DNA of 64,000 bases from Octopus vulgaris. Its lineage: Eukaryota. Positions 12,441 to 22,595 of this stretch are shown here, piece after piece (within the stretch, counting starts at the first letter, position 1; each line of letters begins with the position of its first letter). The stretch covers positions 46,128,001 through 46,192,000 of the forward strand of contig OX597830.1 of assembly GCA_951406725.2 (NCBI GenBank), written 5' to 3'. A model generated the notes under the pieces. The model worked only from the letters and a program-made list of their open reading frames with translations, was not told the origin of the DNA and searched no databases. A program made the translations under genes and the position numbers.

Positions 12441-14613
12441 GTGATAGGAACAAGCCTTTCAAGCCATTCTCAATGGGGTCAGGCTCCAGTTGATAACAGT
12501 TGCATCTGAACTGTCCCGGCAGGCTTTTATGTAGCTGTTGGAAGACAGGGAACATCTTGGGTTGACAATCAAACTGCTCCCAGGATTCTCCACAGCTTAT
12601 CCCTATTGACCATGAAAGCAGCATAAAGGGCCATGTTCTGCTCTCTGCATTTCTCCTGAATCTAGCGAAGGGCAAAGATCACGTCTGTAATGATTCAGTT
12701 GGCACAAAAACCACTTCATCAGCAATGATAGGAACAAGTCTTTCAAGAAGAATGTGCTTCCAGTATGTTGCCTGCAATAAAAAGTAGCATGGGCCCCTCT
12801 GTAGTGGGAGCTCACTGACTTCTCTCGTTTGTTCATGTACTGAGACATTATTAGTAGAACCAGAATTAATGGTAAACTTTAAATATTCAGAAAGCGCAGC
12901 TTGTGTTGTGTCTGTATGGAAAGATAGTTACTCATCTTCTTCTCACTGAAAGAAATTGGAATATGATGACCAGTTAATGCACTTTATATACTTTGGTGGT
13001 ACCGATCTTTGGTGGTACAGTATCTCCGTTAGCAGTCCCTCTCTTGCACTCTCCATCACCACATCAACCACTATTGCAAACAATGGTGACATCACAGATT
13101 CCTGATGCACACCAATCTATGTATCATACTTAATGTATAAACACTGTTAAGTGGCCAGTTACTGCAGGATTTGTCCAACAAAAATATATCTTATGGACGT
13201 GCTGTGTTAAAAACACAATAAATATCATTAAGTGTGGCTATTTTAATTAAAATATTTTGTTTGTTTATTACTTATGACTTTATTGATTGTTATTACTGTA
13301 AATTCACAATTTCATGTTTGTTATATATTAAGCAACTACAAGAGGAATAATAAAAAAAAGAGTGATGTTGATTCATTGTTGACCAGAGGAGGTGGTAGGG
13401 AATCGATTTGTATGAGTATGTGTGTAAAATAAAAATTAAAACCCAATCAAGGGTTATTAATTTGAAAGATAATGAAAATAATTAATGGATCGCTACTTCT
13501 GCTACATTTAAATTCATTCAATTCATTATTAAATCGATATTGGTACTTGATTTATATTTTATTTTATTGACCCACGATAAATGAAAGACTGAGTTGGCTC
13601 GAACGGAATTTGAACTCACAACCAAAAGAACCATACTTTTCATCTGCTTAGCTCTTCAGAAAAGGACACATAGCATTGTTACGGTTCAGGAAATGAGTTA
13701 TGCATTTATTGGTTCATCCTAAGTATAACCAGCACCAAACTGAAGATGAATAAATTACAAACATTGTCTTATATAAATATCAAATATGAAACTCAAATTG
13801 ACAACACAAAACTTTGAAGAAGGAGGTCACAGTTTGGTAATATTGTCGAATGGGCACTTTGATACAATTTGAGTCTTGGGACATTCATAAAAAAAAAAAA
13901 GAAATGACTGAACATTGTCCAAGACTCACAAGCATGTTTTTGGTGTTATTTAACCAAATGACACCAAAAACAATAACAATAATGATAATAAATGGTTCAA
14001 ATTTTGGCCTAAATCCAACAAAACCAGATTTGTGGATTAAATCGATGCTATTGACCCCAAAAGAATGAAAGGCAAAGTTCAACCCTGCAGGATGTGAATT
14101 CAAAACGTAAAGAAATGAGGCTAAGTATTTTGTTTAATACAGGCCTTGGTAACCTATTTCCTTTAGCTTCAAAGAGGTAGAAAATTCAGACATAATACAG
14201 TTTGGCTCCCCACTAACAACACTGTTTCTCATAATTTTCTAAATAATAAACATGTTTGCAGAAAGTGTAGATAATGATTATGTTAGTGAAATTTTTTGTT
14301 ATCAAAATCATTTCACAACATAAACATATATAACAATATCTCCATTGATTTATTCATTATTTCAACACAGAATTCGAAAGCACAATAAAAGATTTCCGAG
14401 TTTACGCTTTGAGCATTACGATACAAATGGAACGAATGCAGTAATAACACTCTCTATTTATATTATTGTCAGCTAAACTTTAGCTGAGGAATTATTGTTA
14501 TCATGTCTTCCAAACTTCATGAAAATAATATCAAGCCTCCATCCACGCTTGCTCCCCTTTGGTAGGCAACATCCTCTCCTCTCCAACACGGACTAGTTGC
14601 AACAGGGAGATGG

Positions 14614-15400
14614 GTGAAGCTCTATCACGGTGGAGAGAGCTGGGTTTGTCAGTTCCTGTTACAGTTGAGGATAGACAGAAAGAGAGAGTGTTCAGGTGCC
14701 ACTTTTAATTCTCTCCTCGATAAATCTGATCAATTTTCAAGGTGTTGCCTACTTTCAGTTAGTGTAAAATTCTCAGGGGACTGGATTGATGCCCTGCCTG
14801 TGGCCAACATTGGAGGTCTACTCAGTCTAGACGAAGTCTGTATCTTCATTACACTCAGAGCAGGAGCTGACGTCTGTAGGGGACTGAGATGCTGTTGCTG
14901 TAGGCCCCTTGATCCTACAGATCTTTATGGTCTGCCTTGTCACCTAAATGCTGATCACTTTGCTCATCACACCAAGCTAAGCCTAATCCCTGGCTCGGAT
15001 TAATATCCTCAGTTCTAGAGCTGTCGGGGTTATCCAGAAGTGATGGAAAGAGACCAGGTGGTCTTACGCTCTGTCCCTGGGTTAGGGGTGGGTGCCTCGT
15101 TTGGGGTGCCATAGTCTGTGACTCCTTTGCTCCTTTCTACATCCTGGATGCTGCAGTTAATGGGAGAGTCACTGCTTCCATAGCCAAATGGAAGAAAACC
15201 TTGAAGTATTGGAACTTGGCAGTGAACTATCTCTTCCATCCTGTGGCGTTTGAGATGTTCAGAGGGATTGGACCACTAACTGCGAAGTTCCTGTCAACAT
15301 TGGCAGCTCACCTCACCAAGGTGTCAGGTGGTGTTTTGCCATCGCCCGTGGTAATGCTGTGAACGTACTGGCTTGCTTCGGTAGGTTCCGTTGTGTTGAG
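14614..15400 (+). mobile_element. CRE-clade-like non-LTR retrotransposon 3' relic (zinc knuckle plus restriction-like endonuclease)
   Basis: SGDWIDALP...LRAG, a decayed CCHC, LSRSDGKRPGGLTLCPW..G.CLVW, FHPVAFE and AIARGNA, broken by a stop and a deletion. Confidence 0.75.
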
Positions 15401-16164
15401 CGACCACAAATGGCTTCAGTACAGTTTTAACAGAATGATTTGGAAGAAATAGAAGAAATTTTCTTTTATGTAAATAAATGTTTATGCTAATTTACGAATT
15501 TGCCAGCAAAATCTTATAAAATGACAATGTTTTAAAAGATGTACATGTTTCTATGTTATATATGAAAGCAAAATCTCTAAAATAACATCAATGAGGATAA
15601 TGTCAGTTTTTTGGTGGGGGTGGGGGGGTCATGTTGTACTATGATTACGAGGAAGTTATTAAATGGTTAAAAACATATGAACTTATTTTTGAGTTATATG
15701 TATCATGACCAAATTTCAGTGAAAATAAAAATTTAAAAAAAAAGAGAAATGCATTATTAAAATGTGGAGAAAATAAATTTGGGTGCAACGACCAAGGGGA
15801 ATTACTCGTGTAAAACTAATAAACATTTACAAGTCGAATAGCGTTATCTCCCTTTGTATTTGAAACTCTAATCTTGTCCCTGTATATTTTATGTGCCAAA
15901 TAGCCTTTGTTCCGTTGTTAACATGAAAACTAGTGCGATGTGTTACATGATCGGTTCGTTGGCGATTAAATCGACATCCCGACCAGGCTTGTTTGGTGAG
16001 GATGGCTGCTAGAAATCCATCAAGCGACATATGTCTATCATTGTATGAATTACATAATAGTGGTTTTTCTCCTTAATTTAATATTTATATTGTGAAATTT
16101 GATTTAATACTAAATTGAATTTTTCCCTGTAAGTTTGGAGTTATACTCCCTAATATTATTATTA

Positions 16165-16395
16165 CATATGGCGTAGTAGTTAAGAACGCGGGCTACTAAG
16201 ATTCCGAGTTCGATTCCAGGCAGTGACCTGAATAATAACAACAACAACAACATCGAAAAATACCTTAGGAATGAGAACCCAGGTTTGAAATTTCCCCAAG
16301 ACACCTGATGAAGGCTGGAGGATATATCAGCCAGAATGTTGTGTTAACAACAAACAAGATGAGGACAAATATCCGTCAAATGTAAGTAATGTAAA
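16165..16395 (+). mobile_element. tRNA-headed SINE-like element with hammerhead-ribozyme-like 3' module
   Basis: A box TGGCGTAGTAG (16169), B box GTTCGATTCC (~16208), then ACAC-CTGATGA-A-GGCTG...CAGCC-AGAA-TGTT-GTGT (16301-16344). A second tail fragment lies reversed at ~33333-33396. Confidence 0.6.
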
Positions 16396-17619
16396 TAAGG
16401 ATAATTGATAGTTTCTCTCCATGAGAATTAGTTTCTAACTCAAACCTGTTCTTTATAGATGCTCGGAACTAAACATGTGCTGTGTTGGTGAAATACATAG
16501 GAATTCTGAGAGAGGGGTGGGGGAGAGATATTTGAATTACATTTATTTAATGATATTGATATATAATGAATAAATGGAGGCGTAGCTGTATAGTAAGAGT
16601 TTTGCTTCCCAATCACATGGTTCTGGGTTCAGTCCCACTGTATGTCGCCTTGGGCAAGTGTCTTGTAGCAGAGCTTCTTATGAGTGGATTTGTTAGACAG
16701 AGTTGTGAGTGTGTGTGTAATTGTATGTTTATGGTTATGTTTGACTACCACTTGATAACCGGTGTTAGTTTGTTTTCGCATCCGTAACTTAACAGTTCAA
16801 CAAAACAGACCAGGAAAATAAATTGACTAAACCTTTCAAGGCAGTGCCCCCGCATGGTCGCAGAAAAATGACTGAAACAAGTGCAGCAAGACACAAAGAA
16901 GCCAGTGCCATTTTAAAACCGTGAGAATCATTGCCATATGTGACAAAAACAAGATCTTGCCTGCAACCATTATTTAAGGAAAAAACAACAACATTTTCCC
17001 TCTTGTTCTTCTCATGCTGATGCCAAGCAAGACTTTGAAACCAGGAGCTCACGGCAGACTTCTGTCCCGCTGTGATACCACATGCATTGTCTCCAGAGGG
17101 TATTGAACTGCAGGTGTATGGGAGAGAAGGCTAACTACGCACTGCTGTGAGGATGGTTACTGAAAGCAAACCCCTTGTACGAAGCACCTGTGAATTAACG
17201 GTTGTTGAGTTTACTCTGCCTGAGAACTTCGTTCTTCGTATTTCCAGCTCCTTAAATCAACAGAATGATTATAATGGAAGAAGAAGATACCCACCAAAGT
17301 ATCATAAAAACCTTCCTTTCATTATACAAGTAAAAGTGTGAAAAAAAAAGAAGGAAAGAAAAAGTGGTGGATGACTTAAATTTTGCTTTGTTGCATGAAG
17401 GTCATGGTTGGACTCGAGTTCTTATCCTGATGGAAATATGGTGATTTCAGTCGGGAAAATGTTTAAGGATAGAAGACTTCTTCATCATTTTTAATATTAT
17501 TTTTGTGAGATTCATTTTCCTTGTTGGGATTTTATGGACGCTAATTTAAAGCTGTCAGTGTTATAACAATAAATCGTGTTGTAGAGAAGACGATTTGGTT
17601 AGTGTCTGCTTGAATTCAT

Positions 17620-18850
17620 TGTCACCAAAACCAAAAACGAAACAAAAAAACAGTCTAATATATGTAAAAAAAAAATGTGTAGAAAATGAATATGAAAACA
17701 AAAATTTGCGCAAACGAACGGGGTGGGGGGAGGACTTTTGGGAAATTCATGTGATCCGATTTTTCCCTCATAACTTTCAGGAAAATGGGTATCTTTTAAT
17801 GAAAGTTTATACAAATATCTTTCAAACGGCATAGATTACGATTATAAAGAAATGTGTGGGGAAAATTTTTTTTTTCCGCGGGGTAGGGAGAAAAATTTCG
17901 AGAAAACTGAGTTTCGGATCAGGAAGACCAAATAAGATCATTTTTTTTGTAAAAACTTTGGGAAGAGCCTTTTCGGTAAAAAATAATTATAAAATACATA
18001 AATATTTTCAGAGGGAAATGTATGATTTAAGACAGTGCTTCTCAGACTATCTGATGTGGCGTACCGGGACCTATAATATTTCTTAGTAATTTATACCGGA
18101 AACAATATATATAAAGAATATAATAAAAGTTGACATTTTTTTTATCTTCTATTTATTTTGAAAACAAATAATACAATATTACATGAGTATTTTATAATCT
18201 TTCTTTCTTTTCTGGAAACTGTCCGCGTACCAGCAGCTGGTACCCTTTGAGTAGTATGGATTTAAGGGAGATTTGGCTGTCGTTTCTAGCACATCCCAAG
18301 ACAACCCTCCTCGTTTCTTTCTCACTCTCGCATGTATTGACGTTTTTTAATACTTTTCTCCCCATAAACACATTTATGTTATAAAAAATTATTTGAAAAT
18401 TTATGATTTTTCTTCAACCCTACACCACGCCCCTGTTTATAATTTAAAATATTGGAAAGCCTGAGGTCATTTCTGGCATTCATCCACGCTAAAAAAAAAA
18501 AAATAGCTATGTAAAAGATAATTAATTTTAAATAGCATACTTTTCCCCGTTACAACGGAGAAATTCCAACTTAGATGGTCTTCTTGATCCGAAACTCCGT
18601 TTTTCCGAAATTCTTCTCCTCACTCTCTTGGAAAACCTTTTTTTCTCACAAATTTCTTTATAATCGTAATCTATGCCGTTTGAAAAGTATTTGTATAAAC
18701 TTTCATCAAAAGATACCCATTTTCCTGAGAGTTATGAGGGAAAAAAACTGGATCTTGTGAATTTTCCGAAAGTACCCCCCACCCCCGTTCGTTTTCTACA
18801 CATTTTTTTTTACACCTATTAGACGGGGGGGTTTTGGTGGGGGTGACTGG
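17620..18850. repeat. Long inverted repeat (~300 bp arms at ~17620-17937 and ~18570-18850)
   Basis: For example, CAGGAAAATGGGTATCTTTTAATGAAAGTTTATACAAATA...TTCAAACGGCATAGATTACGATTATAAAGAAAT is mirrored at 18650-18730. Confidence 0.8.
18033..18259. mobile_element. hAT-like MITE
   Basis: CAGTGCTTCTCA left end, decayed right end TGAGTAGTATGG, 8 bp TSD ATTTAAGA / ATTTAAGG. Confidence 0.6.
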
Positions 18851-18926
18851 GAGTTAAAGTAAATATTTTTTTCAATATGTGAGAAGAAATCGGGCGGGTG
18901 AACTGGTGAAGTGGGGGAAATACGAA

Positions 18927-19003
<77 letters not shown>

Positions 19004-19009
<6 letters not shown>

Positions 19010-19402
19010 TAAAGACCTACTCATTGAAATTGAGAAAATGTGGCATCTCAAGGCGGTTACAATACCAGTGATCGTAGGAGCACTAGGAATGATCAAGAAG
19101 GGAACCGAAAATTATATGAGAATGATCCCTGGTTTACCATCCCTGCAAGAAGTGCAAAAGATTGTCTTAACTGGTACATCACACATATTGAGAAGAGCAT
19201 TGTCGATGTGAGAACTGTTGCTGCTCATGTATTTTAATATAACTTTAAAAAAAAAAAATTTTTTTTAATTAAAAAAAAAAATGAACGAACTATTGAGTTT
19301 GGTTTAATGGCCTACCAATGTATACTATGAGTTTCTTTGCCCTAGGAGTCGGGAAGACACTCGGCAAGAAATGGAAGCAAATTTGAAAGAAGAAAAAAAA
19401 AA
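19004..19402 (+). mobile_element. 5'-truncated Dong/R4-like non-LTR retrotransposon inserted in (TAA)n
   Basis: C-terminal peptide KYKDLLIEIEKMWHLKAVTIPVIVGALG...LQEVQKIVLTGTSHILRRAL*, a 3' UTR with A-tail, and (AAT)n on both sides. Confidence 0.85.
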
Positions 19403-19966
19403 ATAATAATAATGATAATAATAATAATAATAACAGAGGTTAAGAAACCCGAATTTTTGCGTAGTCAGTTTTCTATTCTTTCTTTTTACCCTTGGGTTTT
19501 CTTTCTAATCCCAGTTTGTAAAAATATTTGGTTCACCGAGTTCCAAAAAAAATATCAACTAAATAAGAACAACAACAACATAAATGAAAATCTGGGGTTT
19601 ATTGAAAAAGGACCTAAAATTTCAACGTGAACCGTGAAGGAAACGTCCTCATGTTGAAAAAATAAGAAAAAAAGAAATGGCGAAAGCTATTTATTCTATT
19701 TCCTTGAGTGTGTTTTAGTGTCTTCTGTGATACGAGACTACAATCGTCCACTTGGGAACCTGTGAGACCAGACAAACTTCTCATCTGACCGCAGAAATTC
19801 AGCTGAACGCACACACACACGCCGCACACACATTTTCCACGCGCGAATCTATACGACGGACTTATTTGTTTCTGTTTACATCGGCTTTTCCCCTCTCAGC
19901 GAGAGAATGGTCGTTTAGCGTTTCGTGAGGAGATTTCTAATAAAATATAGAATTAGTATATTACAA

Positions 19967-21162
19967 TTCTTTTGCTTGTTTCGGTCATTTGACTGCAGCC
20001 ATGCTGGAGCACCGCCTTTAGTCGAACAAATCGACCCTAAGACTTATTCTTTGGAAGCCTAGTGCTCATTCCATCGTTCTCTTTCGCCGAAACGCTAAGT
20101 TACGGGGGATGTAAACACACCAGTATCGGTTGTGAAGCGATGTGGGGGGGGGGGGGGGACAAACACACACATACACATGCACGCACGCGCACACACACAC
20201 ACACACACGCGCGCGCGCATCTATACGACGGACTTATTTCAGTTTCTGTCTACCAAATTCATTCACAAGGCTTTGGTCGGCCCGTCGCTATAGTAGAAGA
20301 CATTATAAGGCGGCGAGGTGGCAGACACGTTAGCGCGCCGGGCGGAATGCTTAGCGGTATTTCGTCTGTCGTTACGTTCTGAGTTCAAATTCCGCCGAGG
20401 TCGACTTTGCCTTTCATCCTTTCGGGGTCGATAAATAAAAGTACCAGTTTCGCACTGGGGTCGATGTAATCGACTTAATACCTATGTCTGTCCTTGTTTG
20501 TCCCCTCTGTGTTTAGCCCCTTGTGGGTAGTAAAGAAATAGGTATTTCGTCTGTCGTTACGTTCTGAGTTCAAATTCCGCCGAGGTCGACTTTGCCTTTC
20601 ATCCTTTCGGGGGGTCGATAAATAAAAGTACCAGTTTCGCACTGGGGGTCGATGTAATCGACTTAATACCTATGTCTGTCCTTGTTTGTCCCCTCTGTGT
20701 TTAGCCCCTTGTGGGTAATAAAGAAATAGGTATTTCGTCTGTCGTTACGTTCTGAGTTCAAATTCCGCCGAGGTCGACTTTGCCTTTCATCCTTTCGGGG
20801 TCGATAAATAAAAGTACCAGTTTCGCACTGGGGTCGATGTAATCGACTTAATCTCTTTGTCTGTCCTTGTTTGTCCCCTCTGTGTTTAGCCCCTTGTGGG
20901 TAATAAAGAAATAGGTATTTCGTCTGTCGTTACGTTCTGAGTTCAAATTCCGCCGAGGTCGACTTTGCCTTTCATCCTTTCGGGGTCGATAAATAAAAGT
21001 ACTAGTTTCGCACTGGGGTCGATGTAATCGACTTAATCCCTTTGTCTGTCCTTGTTTGTCCTCTCTATGTTTAGCCCCTTGTGGGCAATAAAGAAATATA
21101 TAGTAGAAGACACTTTTTCAGAATCATGTGGCTGGTAAGCAAGCTACTTATCACACAGTCAC
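19967..21162 (-). mobile_element. Family A SINE interrupted by the tandem family B insertion
   Basis: Tail to body at 19967-20302, resuming at 21113-21162 after the duplicated TATAGTAGAAGACA. Confidence 0.8.
20308..21098 (+). mobile_element. Family B SINE: one head plus four tandem ~185 bp units
   Basis: Units start GGTATTTCGTCTGTCG at 20356, 20541, 20729 and 20914. A 14 bp TSD lies at 20289-20302 and 21099-21112. Confidence 0.9.
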
Positions 21163-21293
21163 CACAATTCTTTTCGAAAATATTTAGAAAGTTGGCGGGT
21201 TTTGTAAAATTATTCACTTTTTCATTACACAGATGTTGTATGGAACATAGGACAACAATAATGATTCCTATATAAATAAAAAAACAATTTTAT

Positions 21294-21712
21294 GGCATGA
21301 GTGGCTGTGTGGTAAGTAGCTTGCTAACCAACCACATGGTTCCGGGTTCAGTCCCACTGCGTGGCATCTTGGGCACGTGTCTTCTGCTATAGCCCCGGGC
21401 CGACCAATGCTTTGTGAGTGGATTTGGTAGACGGAAACTGAAAGAAGCCTGTCGTATATATGTATATATATATATATAAGTGTGTGTGAATATGTTTGTG
21501 TGTCTGTGTTTGTTCCCCTAGCATTGCTTGACAACCGATGCTGGTGTGTTTACGTCACCGTAACTTAGCGGTTCGGCAAAAGAGACCGATAGAATAAGTA
21601 CTGGGCTTACAAAAAATAAGTCCCGGGGTCGATTTGCTCGACTAAATGCGGTGCTCCAGCATGGCCGCAGTAAAATGACTGAAACAAGTAAAAAGAGAAA
21701 AAGAAAAAAGAG
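21294..21712 (+). mobile_element. Family A SINE, full length
   Basis: Near identical to 1836-2231. Confidence 0.85.
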
Positions 21713-21913
21713 TATGTTCTAATTTAAATGTGGATATTGTAAAACAAGGTCACTGGGCAGGTTGATATCAATACGGTTTTTAAACTATCTCATTACTTCA
21801 CGTGTTATCAGAAGGAAGGGAAAGTATTGTTCTCCTGTAACGAAGTTTAAAGCTCAGAACATAATTAAATACCACAAATTGACACTCTAATCTTTTCCTT
21901 TTTATGGCTAGGG

Positions 21914-22595
21914 GGTACTACTTAAGAAGAATGGTCCCGGTGCGCGCACTCGCGCATCCGCGCTAGCTAGTCATGACTAGTCGATCTTTACTTTGTGTTT
22001 TTGTGTTTTATTTAGTTTGTTTTAAAAAATTATTTGAATCTTTTCGGTTTAAACGGCAGTTTTTTTCTAGCGGTGTCATATGAAATTGTCACCTATAATT
22101 ATGACCCTAGTATCGATCTATTGCATTTCAATCTGTTTTAGGGTTAGGGTTAGGGGTGGAGGGAAGGGTATCGTTTTTCTTCACAAATGTAAATAAACCC
22201 AATCTGTTTCTTAAACGAGGGATATATTCATACGGCACAGAATGTTTTCACCTCAATAGACGTCATTGATTGATTGAAATTGCAGAAAATGAAAAAAAAG
22301 CAACAACAAATATCTTGCAAACTATAGAATTTTCTCAATAAAGCCAAGAGAAAAAGATGTTTTATAAACACATTCTACCAGTATATAAAGTTTAAAAGTG
22401 TTTAGTTACGTGGAAATTATTTTTAAAAACTGCCGTTCAAACCGAAAAGATCCAATTATTTACTTTGTATTAAAAAATTATTTATTTTGTGTTTTATTTA
22501 CTTTGCTAGGTAGTCGTTGTAGGATCGACTAGTCACGACTAGCTAGCGCGGATGCGCGAGTGCGCGCACCGGGACCACTCTTCTTAAGTAGAACC
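21914..22595. mobile_element. MULE-like MITE with long GC-rich TIRs
   Basis: TIRs GGTACTACTTAAGAAGAATGGTCCCGGTGCGCGCACTCGCGCATCCGCGCTAGCTAGTC... and its mirror; perfect 9 bp TSD TGGCTAGGG (21905-21913, 22596-22604). Confidence 0.88.
22036..22453. mobile_element. Nested MITE (8 bp TSD, G(G/A)ATCTTTTCGG ends) with internal (TTAGGG)3
   Basis: TIRs GAATCTTTTCGGTTTAAACGGCAGTTTTT / AAAAACTGCCGTTCAAACCGAAAAGATCC; TSD AATTATTT at 22028-22035 and 22454-22461. Confidence 0.88.

Noticed and set aside
12442-12748. 22 bp direct repeat TGATAGGAACAAG(C/T)CTTTCAAG flanking coding-like sequence
   Set aside because: The enclosed ~260 bp could not be assigned to any element; too little evidence to call.
20356-21098. 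CRISPR-like regular array
   Set aside because: The units are whole near-identical SINE bodies with no unique spacers, in eukaryotic DNA with no cas genes.
22138-22155. Telomere or chromosome fusion site
   Set aside because: Only three TTAGGG units, internal to a MITE with TIRs and a TSD.
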